Source of the DNA: Nannocystis bainbridge | GTDB lineage: Bacteria > Myxococcota_A > Polyangia > Nannocystales > Nannocystaceae | Assembly: GCF_028368995.1 (NCBI RefSeq) | Contig: NZ_JAQNDL010000003.1 | Span: 896,001 to 960,000, forward strand | Direction: 5' to 3' | Length of the DNA stretch: 64,000 bases | In this document: piece by piece, positions 9,737 to 19,664 of the stretch | Layout: every line of letters begins with the position of its first letter | Position numbering within the stretch: position 1 is the stretch's first letter | Notes under the pieces: model-generated | What the model was told of the DNA's origin: nothing | The model's database searches: none | What the model saw: only the letters and a program-made list of their open reading frames with translations | Translations under genes and position numbers: made by a program

Positions 9737-10034
9737 GGTGAAATCCTCGATCCGCAAGCGTGGGCCGACCTCCGACACCGGCAACCACGCGCCCCAGCCG
9801 ACCCCCGCGTATCCCCGGTCGTCCGCTCGCCCCACTCCATCGATTCCTGTAGAGACCGTCACGTCCCGCCGGCGGCGGCTCCGCGAGTCCGACGCCGGAG
9901 GGAGGATCTCCGCGAGCCTGCTCGGGCGCAGGCGCGGCCCCCGACACCGCCAAGGCCGCCCGGCCGGCCGCGGAATCTGGCCCTTACCGCGGCGAGCGCC
10001 GCGCCGCGGCATGGCCGCAGGTTTGGGTACAAAA

Positions 10035-10100
10035 GGACATGCTCGTTTGGACATGTCCTCGTGTACATGTTCCTTCAAACATGCCCGATCGGGCATATCT
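10035..10100. repeat. 14-bp-period palindrome array, 5 units
   Basis: Core C at 10038, 10052, 10066, 10080, 10094 (GGACATGCTC, GGACATGTCC, GTACATGTTC, AAACATGCCC, GGGCATATCT). Confidence 0.9.
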
Positions 10101-10177
10101 CCGGCATGGCGCCTCGCGGACGGCGCTCCTGGCGAAGCGGCCCCGGTTCGTCGTCGAGGCGCGGCCGCCTCCGCAGG

Positions 10178-10903
10178 TCAGCCGATGAGTTCGCCCCAGA
10201 ACGGGATCGCGGCGACGGCGTCGAAGTCGGTGGCGGACCGCTCGTATTCGACCCCGACGAAGCCATGCAGCTCGGCGAGCAGATAGTCGCGGAGGTCGTG
10301 GCCGTAGACGATGATGTCGCTCTGCCACACCGACAGCACCAGCGTCGGCCCCTCGGCGAGCACGTGGCGGTGACCGTAGATCGGCAGCAGCCGCGGTGCA
10401 CCGGCCACCAGCGCCGCCACGCGGGCGCGCCGCTGGTCCGCTTCGCCGGGCCGCGGGCCCCAGCTGTCGCGCCACAGCGCATTCGCCTCGACGTCGAATA
10501 CCAGCCCGTCGAGCACCTCGGCGAGCGCTGCCTGAATCGCCGCCTCGTCGCGCTGCCAGTGGTAGAAGCCGGGCTCTTCGCGCGGCACCAGGCGATCGTC
10601 GGCGGCGAACCCCGCGCCTCCCATCCACGGCTCGGTCGCGTGCAGCAGCTGCAAGAACGGGCGATGATCGGCCGGGAAGCGGACCGCGAATCGTCGCTCG
10701 ATCTGCGCCAGCTCGGCGTCGGACAGCCCGCCCGTCCACCGGGTCCCGCGGCGCCAGTGCGAGCCGCCCACGCCCCACGCCTCGTAGTCCGCGAGCGTCG
10801 GCTCCTCTTCCCGGCTCCACGCCTCCTCGGTCGCGGCGCCCAGCCACCGCAGGAACGGCTCGCCGAACTCGCCCGGGACCTCACTGCTGCGACGCTTCGC
10901 CAT
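10178..10903 (-). CDS. SMI1/KNR4 (SUKH) family protein
   Basis: GLSDAELAQIERRFAVRFPADHRPFL and APRLLPIYGHR...DIIVYGHDLRDYL. Confidence 0.8.
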   Translation of the reverse strand: MAKRRSSEVPGEFGEPFLRWLGAATEEAWSREEEPTLADYEAWGVGGSHWRRGTRWTGGLSDAELAQIERRFAVRFPADHRPFLQLLHATEPWMGGAGFAADDRLVPREEPGFYHWQRDEAAIQAALAEVLDGLVFDVEANALWRDSWGPRPGEADQRRARVAALVAGAPRLLPIYGHRHVLAEGPTLVLSVWQSDIIVYGHDLRDYLLAELHGFVGVEYERSATDFDAVAAIPFWGELIG

Positions 10904-11162
10904 CGATCGCTCGGGGGCAGCGTATCACACGGTCATCCGGCCATGATCTGCGGTGCCCCTGCGGGCAGCCGCGCGAGCATCCGCCGCGATGGCGGCGCCG
11001 TCTTTTTTCCAGAAGAGAGTCGATCCGCGGCTGCTCGCGCGGCCGCGCCGGGCACTTCGAGGCCGGCGGCCGCGAGCCACGACACGAGCACGAGGGAGCT
11101 GGCGCGCCTGATGAGCGACGTCTCGCGCCGGCGCGCGGCCCGTCGCAATCGGCCGATCCCGC

Positions 11163-12167
11163 TCAGGCTTTCTCGGCCGCGGCGACCAGCTCGGGCGCGA
11201 ACAGCTGCTGCAGGTCGGAGCCCTCGAGCTTGACGAAGCCGAGCTTCTGCGCGTCCTCGGCGCTGCGCACCAGGGCCTCCGGCACCGGGTCCGACGTGAA
11301 CTCGAGGTTCTGCCACGCGCGGTCGATCGTCGCCGGCGCCAGGGCCTTGCCCGTGACCTTCTTGATCGCCGCGTTGGCGACCTCCCGGGCCTCGCCGGCG
11401 TTCGCCGCGATCCACTTGTTGGCGGCCACGTGGCCGCGCACCAGCGCCTGCAGGGTGGCCCGGCGGGCCTCGATCTGGCCCTTGCGCGCCAGCAGCACCG
11501 TGGTCGTGTAGCGGCGCTCGGGCCACAGGTCGCGCTCGTCGATCAGCACCTTGCCGCCGCCCTCGAGGATCAGGCGGGTCGCCCACGGCTCGGGCACCCA
11601 CGCGCCGGCGATCTCGCCCGACTGGAAGCTCTCGAGCGTCTGTGCGTTCTCCTGCGGGGTGACGCTGACATCGCCGCCGCCGAACTCGTCGACCTTGAAG
11701 CCCTGGCCGATGAGCCATGTCCGGAGGGCCACGTCCTGGGTCCCGCCGAGCTGCGGGGTGCTGACCTTCTTGCCGCGCAGGTCGGCCGCGCCGGCGATCT
11801 CGGGGCGGACGACGAAGAACGCCCCGCCGGTGGCCGCGCCGGCGATCACCTTGACCTCGCCCTTCGACTTGACGAACGCGTTGACGGCCGGGTTGGGGCC
11901 GACGTACGTGGCATCGAGCGCCCCCGACAGCAGCGCCTCGATCGCCGCCGGGCCGGCGTTGAACGTGAACGTCTCCAGCGCCGTGCCCTCGGCCTGCAGC
12001 GCCTCGCGGAACAGCCCGCGCTCGACCCCGACCAGCGCGGTCGCGTGGGTGATGTTGGGGAAGTAGCCGAGCCGCAGCGCCCCGGTGTTCTCGCTCGACG
12101 GGCGACACGCGCCGGCGAGGGCGAGGGCGGGCAGGCTGGCGACGAAGCTGCGGCGGGTCAGGGGCAT
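11163..12167 (-). CDS. SsuA/NitT/TauT-type ABC substrate-binding lipoprotein
   Basis: RR/lipobox leader, LRLGYFPNITHATA, FNAGPAAIEAL, TPQLGGTQDVALR, WVPEPWATRL. Confidence 0.9.
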   Translation of the reverse strand: MPLTRRSFVASLPALALAGACRPSSENTGALRLGYFPNITHATALVGVERGLFREALQAEGTALETFTFNAGPAAIEALLSGALDATYVGPNPAVNAFVKSKGEVKVIAGAATGGAFFVVRPEIAGAADLRGKKVSTPQLGGTQDVALRTWLIGQGFKVDEFGGGDVSVTPQENAQTLESFQSGEIAGAWVPEPWATRLILEGGGKVLIDERDLWPERRYTTTVLLARKGQIEARRATLQALVRGHVAANKWIAANAGEAREVANAAIKKVTGKALAPATIDRAWQNLEFTSDPVPEALVRSAEDAQKLGFVKLEGSDLQQLFAPELVAAAEKA

Positions 12168-12270
12168 GGCGGAAGGAGGTTTACCATAATGGATATTCTC
12201 CAGCATACTGAACAACGTCGCCCTGGCCTTGCGACGCCCTCCTGCGCTACCTCTCGGCCCCCCGCGCGTC

Positions 12271-13506
12271 ATGCTCCAATTGCTCCTGCTCGCCGCGCTC
12301 GCCCCGCCGCCGCCCGCGCCTGCCCCCGATCCGGACCGCTTCTATCCGCCGGCGCGCGAGCACCTGCTGCTCGCCCCGGGCACCGTCGGCGACGGCCCGC
12401 TCAAGTTCACCGCGGGCAAGGGCCTCGAGGTCAAGAGCAAGGACGGCCGCTACGCCCTGTCGCTGAGCCTGCGCACCGGCTTCATGTACAGCGGGCGGCG
12501 CCAGGGCGGGGCGGCCTACGAGCACGCGTTCGAGATCCGGCGCCTGCGCCTGGTCTTCTCCGGCAACGTGTTCAGCAAGAGCATCAAGTACTTCGTGCAG
12601 CTGGCCGTGGCCCCGCGCGAGCTCAACTTCGTCGACGGGGTCGCGCGCGCCGGCCCGCTGCTCGACAACTACGTGGTGTTCGACCGCCTGCGCGACGCCA
12701 ACCTGCGGATCGGCATCTACCGGGTCATGTACACCCGCGAGCGCAACATCGCCGACATCAACCCGCTGCTGGTCGACCGCTCGCTGGCCAACGGCGAGTT
12801 CAACGTCGACCGCGACATCGGCCTCGACGTGCGCTCGGAGGACCTCGGCGGCCTCGGCAAATTGCGCTACTACGCCGGCGTCTTCATGGGCGACGGGCGC
12901 GATCAGAACCGGTTCAGCGACCCGGGCCTGATGTACACCGCGCGCCTCGATTTCCTGCCGTTCGGACTGTTCGACGACTACGAGGCCAGCGACCAGACCC
13001 GCCTGCGAAGGCCGAGGCTCAGCCTCGGGTTCGCCTACGCCTTCAACGACCGCGCCCGCAACAACCGCGGGGTGCTCGGCAGCCCGCCGGCCGACGGCGG
13101 TAGCACCAACTATCACAACCTCACCACCGACATGATGTTCAAGTGGGCCGGCTTCAGCCTCGAGGCCGCGTTCCTGTGGCGCGACGGCCGGCGCAACCCC
13201 GGCGGGGCGGTCGACGACATGGGCGCTCCGCTGCCCGTCGAGGCCGCGCGCAACGGTCGCGGCTGGATGATGCAGGCGGCCTTCCTCATCCCGCGGACCG
13301 GCCTCGAGCCCGCCATCCGCACCAGCGGGATCCGCGGACTCGGCGTGACCTCGATGCCCGACCGCAACGAGCTCGGCGGCGGCCTCAATTATTACTTCGC
13401 GGGTCACAACCTGAAGCTCCAGCTCGACTGGTTCCGCACCTGGGACCGCGGCGCCGCCGATCTGGCCGCCGACCTGGTCCGCCTGCAGCTTCAGGTCGCG
13501 CTGTGA
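12271..13506 (+). CDS. Outer-membrane porin (OprO/OprP phosphate-selective porin-like)
   Basis: FEIRRLRLVFSG, DRDIGL, and C-terminal GGGLNYYFAGHNLKLQLDW...LQLQVAL beta-barrel signature. Confidence 0.8.
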   Translation: MLQLLLLAALAPPPPAPAPDPDRFYPPAREHLLLAPGTVGDGPLKFTAGKGLEVKSKDGRYALSLSLRTGFMYSGRRQGGAAYEHAFEIRRLRLVFSGNVFSKSIKYFVQLAVAPRELNFVDGVARAGPLLDNYVVFDRLRDANLRIGIYRVMYTRERNIADINPLLVDRSLANGEFNVDRDIGLDVRSEDLGGLGKLRYYAGVFMGDGRDQNRFSDPGLMYTARLDFLPFGLFDDYEASDQTRLRRPRLSLGFAYAFNDRARNNRGVLGSPPADGGSTNYHNLTTDMMFKWAGFSLEAAFLWRDGRRNPGGAVDDMGAPLPVEAARNGRGWMMQAAFLIPRTGLEPAIRTSGIRGLGVTSMPDRNELGGGLNYYFAGHNLKLQLDWFRTWDRGAADLAADLVRLQLQVAL

Positions 13507-13651
13507 CCGGCGGCCCATCATCGTTTCGCGGTTCGAGAACGCCGTCAGCCTCGCCGCCCGGGCGCTGACGCGCCTTGACCCGCGCGCAGGTCCTGCCCAT
13601 ACGGCTGACGTGCAGGTGGTGCCGGTGGAGCTGGGCGACCGGTCATTCGCA

Positions 13652-13675
13652 GGACATGTCCCCGAGGACATGTCA
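13652..13675. repeat. 14-bp-period palindrome pair
   Basis: GGACATGTCC CCGA GGACATGTCA, immediately before the probable kinase start. Confidence 0.8.
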
Positions 13676-13678
13676 CGA

Positions 13679-16519
13679 ATGGCGGTCGGCGACTTCCGGG
13701 CCGGGCTCGAGGTCGTCGGCGTGCGCGACCCGACCCTCGTCGCCACCCTCGACAACTGCCCCGAGGGCCGCTCGACCTGGCCGCCGCGCGACCTCCCCCC
13801 GCGCGGCGAGGCCCGCTACGAGTTCGGCGAGGTGTTCGCGTCCGGCGGCCTCGGCGTGGTCCGGCGCGCCGAGGATCGCCGCCTCGGCCGCGTCGTCGCC
13901 ATCAAGGAGCTGCTGCGCGACAGCCCCGACGCCCAGCGTCGGTTCGCCCGCGAGGCCGCGATCACGGCCCGCCTGCAGCACCCGAGCATCGTCCCGCTGT
14001 ACGACCTCGGCCACCGCGCCACCGGCGAGCCGTTCTACTGCATGAAGCTCGTCGACGGCGCCAGCCTCGACGCCAAGATCCAGGAGACCCGCGATCTCGG
14101 CGAGCGCCTGCGTCTGGTCGAGCACGTGATCGCCGTCGCCGACGCGATCGCCTACGCCCACGACCAGCAGGTCCTGCACCGCGACCTCAAGCCGGCCAAC
14201 GTGCTGATCGGTCGGTTCGGCGAGACGGTGGTGATCGACTGGGGCCTGGCCAAGGACCTGGCCGGTCGCAGCGACAGCGAGGCCGAGCAGACCACGCGCT
14301 CGGGCCAGCGCAGCCGCACCGGCGAGGACCTCACCGAGGTCGGGACGATCGTCGGCACGCTGCGCTACATGCCGCCCGAGCAGGCCCGCGGCGAGCCGGT
14401 CGACGCCCGCAGCGACATCTACGCCCTCGGCGCCCTGCTCTACCACGTGCTGTCCGGGCGCCCGCCGTTCGCCGAAGTCACCGGCGACGCCCTCGTCGCG
14501 CGGGTGAAGGCCGCCGATCTCGAGGACCTGCGCGAGCGGGTGCCCGGGGTCCCGCGCGAGCTGGCGGCGATCGCCCACCGGGCCACCGCGGCCCGCCCCG
14601 AGCAGCGCTACCCGACCGCCGCCGGGTTCGCCGAGGACCTGCGGCGGTTCCAGGCCGGGCGCGTGGTCTCGGCCCACAGCTACACCGTCGCCGAGCGGCT
14701 GCAGCGGTGGATGAAGCGCCAGCGGATCTTGCTGGCCTTCGCCGGCCTCGGCGTGGCCGCCAGCTTCTTCGCCTTCAAGGCCCACGAGGCCAGCCTCGAC
14801 CTTTGCAGCGGCGGGGCCGCGGAGATCGCCGCCGCCTGGGACGGGCCGCAGCGGCGGGTCGCGGCCGGCAACTTCGTCGCCGCCGGGGCAGCCTTCGCCA
14901 CCGAGGTGTGGCCACGCGTGGCCAGCTCGCTCGACGCCTACGCCGCCGCCTGGACCGCCCAGCACCACGAGGCGTGCGTCACCCATCGCCGCGGCGAACA
15001 GTCGGATCCGCTGTTCGATCGCCGCATGGCCTGCCTGGGCGAGCGCAAGGCCGCCCTCGCCGAGGCCACGGCCCTGCTCGGCGAGCGCGACCCCGCCGTC
15101 CCGCTGCACGCGCTCGAGCTGGTCGGCGGTCTGCCGGCGCTGAGCCGCTGCAGCGACGTCGCCGCCCTCGACGCCGCCGTCGCCCCGCCCGCCGACCCCG
15201 AGGCCGCGGCTCGCGTCGCCGCCGTGCGTGACGGCCTGGTCAAGCTCGCCGCCATGGGCCGCGTCGCCCGCACCCCGGCCGCGCTCGCGCTGGCCGACCG
15301 GCTCGTGCGCGCCGCCGAGGCCACCGGCCACGCGCCGACCCTCGCCGAGGTCCTGCTGCGCCGCGGCGAGCTGCGCCTCCACGACGACGCCGACGACGCC
15401 GCCGCGCGCCTGCAGCAGGCCCTGCTCACCGCCGTGCGCGCCGGCGCCGACGAGATCGCCGCCGAGGCCGCCGCCCTGCTGGTGTTCGTGCGCGGGCGCC
15501 AGGCCGACGGCACCGCCCGCGGCCTGGCCGAGCTGCCGATGGCCGAGGCCCTGGTCGCTCGCCTGCCGCCCCACGATCGCCTGCGCGGCCTCCTCCTCAA
15601 CAACGCCGCCGTGCTGGCCCGCTCGACCGGCGAGTTCACGAGAGCCCGCGGGTTGCTCGACGAGGCCCTCAAGGTCCAGCGCGCCGCGCCTGGCCCCGCG
15701 CGGGTCGAGGCCGCGTACACGCTGACCAACCTCGCCCTGGCGACCGACGACGCCGCGCCCCGCGAGGCCGCGCTGCGCGAGGCGCTGGCGATCCTCGAGC
15801 GCGAGCTCGGCCCGGCCCACGCGCGGACCATCGAGCTGCGCGTGCTCGCCAGCCTCCACACCCGCGATCCCCGGGTCGCGCACGCCCTGCTGCGCCCTGG
15901 CTGCGACGCCCTGGCCCGCTTCGCCCCCGGCGCCTCGCCGGACCGCGCCCGCTGCCTGGCCCACCTGGCCCACCACGCCGACGAAGCCGGCGACGACGAC
16001 GCCGCCACCGCCCTGCGCAGCGAAGCGCTCGGCCTCGTCGACCCGCATTCCACTCTGGTCGAGGACATCGTCCTGCGCGCCCACCTCGACCTCGCCGGCC
16101 TCGCCCGCAGCGGCCACGGCGACGCCGTCGAGCGCCTGCGCGGCGTGCTCGTCACCGACCTCGCCGGCGACGCCTGGTGGGTGCGCGAGCGCCGGGCCGA
16201 AGTGCTGCTGCTGCTCGGCCTCCACCTGCGCGCCAGCGGCGATCTGGCCGCCGCCCGCACCGCCCTGCAGGGCGCGATCGACGATTTCGTGGCGGTCGCC
16301 GCGATCGCCAGCAGCGTCGTCGCCGATCAACAGCTCGCGCGCGCCCGGGTGGCCCACGCAGAGCTCGCCGCCGCCGCCCCGACCGACCCTGCGTGGCGCG
16401 CCCTGGCCCTGCTCGACCTCGACGCGGCCGACCATTGGTACGCGGGCGCCGGCGAGGCCTACGCGTGGCGCAGGCACCCGCTGCGGGCCCTCCGGCGGCA
16501 ATTGACCGAGCCCGGCTGA
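13679..16519 (+). CDS. Membrane Ser/Thr protein kinase with C-terminal TPR-like region (start uncertain: 13610, 13670 or 13679)
   Basis: GGLGVV, VAIK, HRDLKPAN, DWG, YMPPEQ motifs, a TM segment, and a myxobacterial TPR-type C-terminus. Confidence 0.9.
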   Translation: MAVGDFRAGLEVVGVRDPTLVATLDNCPEGRSTWPPRDLPPRGEARYEFGEVFASGGLGVVRRAEDRRLGRVVAIKELLRDSPDAQRRFAREAAITARLQHPSIVPLYDLGHRATGEPFYCMKLVDGASLDAKIQETRDLGERLRLVEHVIAVADAIAYAHDQQVLHRDLKPANVLIGRFGETVVIDWGLAKDLAGRSDSEAEQTTRSGQRSRTGEDLTEVGTIVGTLRYMPPEQARGEPVDARSDIYALGALLYHVLSGRPPFAEVTGDALVARVKAADLEDLRERVPGVPRELAAIAHRATAARPEQRYPTAAGFAEDLRRFQAGRVVSAHSYTVAERLQRWMKRQRILLAFAGLGVAASFFAFKAHEASLDLCSGGAAEIAAAWDGPQRRVAAGNFVAAGAAFATEVWPRVASSLDAYAAAWTAQHHEACVTHRRGEQSDPLFDRRMACLGERKAALAEATALLGERDPAVPLHALELVGGLPALSRCSDVAALDAAVAPPADPEAAARVAAVRDGLVKLAAMGRVARTPAALALADRLVRAAEATGHAPTLAEVLLRRGELRLHDDADDAAARLQQALLTAVRAGADEIAAEAAALLVFVRGRQADGTARGLAELPMAEALVARLPPHDRLRGLLLNNAAVLARSTGEFTRARGLLDEALKVQRAAPGPARVEAAYTLTNLALATDDAAPREAALREALAILERELGPAHARTIELRVLASLHTRDPRVAHALLRPGCDALARFAPGASPDRARCLAHLAHHADEAGDDDAATALRSEALGLVDPHSTLVEDIVLRAHLDLAGLARSGHGDAVERLRGVLVTDLAGDAWWVRERRAEVLLLLGLHLRASGDLAAARTALQGAIDDFVAVAAIASSVVADQQLARARVAHAELAAAAPTDPAWRALALLDLDAADHWYAGAGEAYAWRRHPLRALRRQLTEPG

Positions 16520-16678
16520 CCGGCCCGATCGTCCGCCGCTCCCGCCTGCCGTTGCCAACTTGCGACTCGGTCCGCGGCCTGGACCGACGGGCCGCATGGG
16601 ACTCGAGCGTGCGCGCGACCATGGGTGGCGCGATCTCCTGGGGCCCGCATGCGCTCCGTACCGCGCGGCTCGTCCTCC

Positions 16679-17326
16679 GACTCGCAATCGCGCCGGATTC
16701 GTCGACTCGCATTCGTCGCGCATCCACCCACGCCCTCGACTCGCATCGGCGCGTGCATCCTCGGGACTCGCACCCGGCTCGCGTCTGCGAACCCCTGACG
16801 CGACTGTGACCCGCACGCCCCGCGTTCTCCTCGACTCGCATTCGCCCCGCGCCTACGAGCGCGTCCCCGACTCGCTCGCGGCTCGCACGCCCGCGCGCTC
16901 TCGACTCGCATTCGCCATGCATCGGCGTGCGTGTCCTCGGGACTCGCATGCGACCCACAGCCACGACTCGTCCCCTCGACACGGCCACGCCTCGGACGGC
17001 GCGGCTATGCCGCCACGGACTCGCATTCGACTCGCATCCACGACGCGGCCCGCCTCGGACGTCTCGGCTACGTGGCCGCGGACTCGCATCCGACCCGCAT
17101 CGACGACCTCGCCCGCGGACTTCCATTCGACCCGCATCGACGACCTCGCCCGCGGACTCGCGTCCGACCCGCCTCGACGACCTCGCCCGCGGACTCGCAT
17201 TCGCTACGCACCCACGACCTCGCCCACGAACTCGCATCCGCTCCGCATCCAGAACGCAACATCGGACGCGCATCGGACCCGAGCGCCGCCGGGCCCGCCG
17301 CGGCCGCACGCGTCGCCGACTCGCAT
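16679..17326 (+). repeat. Intergenic field of GACTCGCA(T) direct repeats including a 37-bp tandem repeat (17080-17245)
   Basis: 12 exact GACTCGCA copies on one strand. 37-bp units start at 17080, 17117, 17154, 17191, 17228. Confidence 0.9.
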
Positions 17327-17564
17327 ATCGCCGCTCCGCCCTCCTCGATCCTCCAGGCTCGTCCGCCGACCCGCGCGCTGCGGGCTCACCGCGACCTGAC
17401 CTTCCGGCCGACGACGCGGGCCCATTCGCCTGAGACCGCTCTGCGCGAACGGGGCCCGCAGACCGCAAATTCCGGGCTTCTGCCGCACAGATCCGCGCTC
17501 GCCGCCGATCTCGGCCACAGGGCCGCCGCCCGGAATAATGATTCGGCGCTATAGTTTGGGCTCG

Positions 17565-18128
17565 ATGACCGCCGCTCGCGTGACGTCCTTCTCCGCCGGT
17601 AGCACTCGCTGGGCGCTGTCCGCCGTCGCCGCGGCCGCGCTCGTGGCCGCGACCTCCGCCGACGCCGCCGCCGACGCGCCGAAAATCTCCACCAAGATCA
17701 CCGCCAAGGGCGAAGTGGTCGCCAGCGTGACCCTCGCCGTCGCGCCGACCGCCGTGCGCGAGGTCCTCGGCAAGGCCGAGCGCTCGCACGGTCTGTCGCC
17801 CTTCACGGTGTCGGCCAAGGCCACCCCGGACGGCAACTGCGAGCGCGTCAAGCTCAAGACCCGCGGGCTGCTGTCCCCCTTCGAGCTCGAGACGCGCCGC
17901 TGCCCGACCGCCCACGGCTGGAAAGAGACGCTGATCGCCTCGGAGCACTTCGTCGAGTACTGGAACGAATGGGTGGTCGAGGACGCCAGCACCGGCGGCA
18001 CGACGGTCACCTTCCGGACCCGCACCATGCCCAACGTGGCGGTCCCCGAGGCGATCATCCAGTCGGAGACCAGGCGCGTGCTGGCCAAGCTGATGCACAA
18101 CCTCTCGGCCGCCGTCGGCGGCGGCTGA
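17565..18128 (+). CDS. Secreted SRPBCC/START-like protein
   Basis: Signal peptide, V.ASVTLAVAPTAVREVL, W.V....GGTTVTF and a C-terminal helix. Confidence 0.65.
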   Translation: MTAARVTSFSAGSTRWALSAVAAAALVAATSADAAADAPKISTKITAKGEVVASVTLAVAPTAVREVLGKAERSHGLSPFTVSAKATPDGNCERVKLKTRGLLSPFELETRRCPTAHGWKETLIASEHFVEYWNEWVVEDASTGGTTVTFRTRTMPNVAVPEAIIQSETRRVLAKLMHNLSAAVGGG

Positions 18129-18154
18129 GCACCGGGGCGGCCGCGCCGCGGTCG

Positions 18155-18248
18155 CCCGATGACTGTTGGGACATGCCCTCCTGGGCATGTCCCAATCATC
18201 ATGTCCCTATCGACATGTCCTTTTGACCATGTCACATGGGGCATCTTC
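18155..18248. repeat. 14-bp-period palindrome array, 7 units, between convergent genes
   Basis: Cores at 18158, 18172, 18186, 18200, 18214, 18228, 18242. Confidence 0.9.
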
Positions 18249-18269
18249 TGGCACCCCATCGACGCCGGC

Positions 18270-18746
18270 TCAGGTCGGCGGCACGAAGAAGCTGCTGAGC
18301 GACTCGCGGATCTTCCACCCGCCCGGCGTCTTCACGTACTTGTCGGCGTAGCCGCCGCAGGTCTCGCTCACCCCGGCCCCGGGCGGGCTCTGCGGCACCG
18401 ACTTGATGAGGAAGTACCACGACCCGGTCGCCGCATGATCGCCGACCTCGAGGATCGGGCTGACGATATAATGGGTGGTCCACCGGGTCGCCTGCGGCAG
18501 AATGTTCTCGCAGGCATTTAATAATTGGGCCCGCCCCTCGTAGCGCCCGAACGGCCCGAGGTCGAGGATCCCGTCGACCGTAAAAAGGTCGGCGAGCGCC
18601 GCGGCGCTGGCCGCCCCCGGATGATTGAACACGGCGTCGGCCTTGCGGGCGTACTCCGCCTTCAACGCCTCGATCTCCGTCCGGCTCACCAGTCGCTTCA
18701 GCCGCTTCTTCTGCTCGTCATCCGCAAGATCCGTCAATTTGTTCAC
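18270..18746 (-). CDS. SnoaL-like / NTF2-fold protein (LinA/BaiE-type)
   Basis: GTG start after AGGAG. EIEALKAEYARKAD, LFTVDG, TTHY, YADKYVKTPGGWKI. Confidence 0.85.
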   Translation of the reverse strand: MNKLTDLADDEQKKRLKRLVSRTEIEALKAEYARKADAVFNHPGAASAAALADLFTVDGILDLGPFGRYEGRAQLLNACENILPQATRWTTHYIVSPILEVGDHAATGSWYFLIKSVPQSPPGAGVSETCGGYADKYVKTPGGWKIRESLSSFFVPPT

Positions 18747-18858
18747 ACTCCTTCGCCACGGTATCACGGGCCCACCGACCGGATCGCCGCACTCGTAAAC
18801 AGCCGTGAGCGCCCGCGTCCGTGGATCGGCGGCTCGCCGGCAGGTACGCTGCGAGCCC

Positions 18859-19368
18859 ATGGCCTCCGAGGACGAGCTGTTCGGCACCTGGATCGAGGAC
18901 CCGCCCGAGCCCGATCTGGATGATGACGACGACGATGTCGACGACTCGATGCAGCTCCACGCGCTCGTGCTCGGCCGCGACGCCGCGGGTCGAGGGCTCG
19001 CGCGCTACGGGCAGATCTACGCCTCCAATCACGGCACCGACGAGCAATACGGCGAGGGCACGTTCCGCTGCGTCCAGGGCGGGCTCGTCGTCGACCTGCC
19101 CGCCCTCGGCGACTGGAGCGACGCCGCGGGCCTCGGCTACGAATCGCGGCGCTCGCAGGTCCGCGCGCGCCGCTTCGAGTTCATGCGCAGCGTCGTCGAC
19201 GGCGAAGCGATCGTGCTGACGAGCCACCTCGACCCCGGCTTCCCAAGAGTCCCGCCGGCGCGCTTCGTGCGAGTGACCGACCCGAGCGCCGAGCTCGCGC
19301 AGCTCGACGCCCTGGCCGAGCGCGCCCGCGTGCGCCAGGGCGGCCTCGCCGACCGCGGCGCCCCATGA
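18859..19368 (+). CDS. Hypothetical protein
   Basis: Coding-like codon usage (MASEDELFGTWIED...). No family recognised. Confidence 0.65.
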   Translation: MASEDELFGTWIEDPPEPDLDDDDDDVDDSMQLHALVLGRDAAGRGLARYGQIYASNHGTDEQYGEGTFRCVQGGLVVDLPALGDWSDAAGLGYESRRSQVRARRFEFMRSVVDGEAIVLTSHLDPGFPRVPPARFVRVTDPSAELAQLDALAERARVRQGGLADRGAP

Positions 19369-19487
19369 TCACATGCCTCTTTAGCCATGTCCGAAGCGAC
19401 ATCTATGTAGAGCCCGGCACGTCCACTCCGCGCGGCCTCGACGCGGCGGCAACATGTCCACGAGGACATGTCTCTTCAGCCATGCAT
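19369..19487. repeat. Two 3-unit 14-bp-period palindrome sub-arrays
   Basis: Cores at 19372/19386/19400 and 19453/19467/19481. Begins directly after the stop at 19368. Confidence 0.8.
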
Positions 19488-19664
19488 TGATTCGGCGGGA
19501 CCTACACGCAGCGCGGCATACCGCACGATGCAAGCCTGTGGATCGGGTCACGCGGCGGATTGCCCGGCGCGCGAGCTGATGAAGAATGGGATAAAGACCG
19601 CGGATATCGGCGCCCGGGGCAGAGCATGCGCCCGGGTGCTCCCTGCCGTCATCGGAGCTGTGCC

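Noticed and set aside
16679-17326. CRISPR array interpretation of the GACTCGCAT / 37-bp repeats
   Set aside because: The conserved core is only about 9-12 bp, the 37-bp units are tandem without unique spacers, the period is too short, and there are no cas genes in the window.
16459-17554. Several overlapping ORFs across the repeat field
   Set aside because: The translations are low-complexity and repeat-derived in all frames, with no RBS and no coding-type third-position bias.
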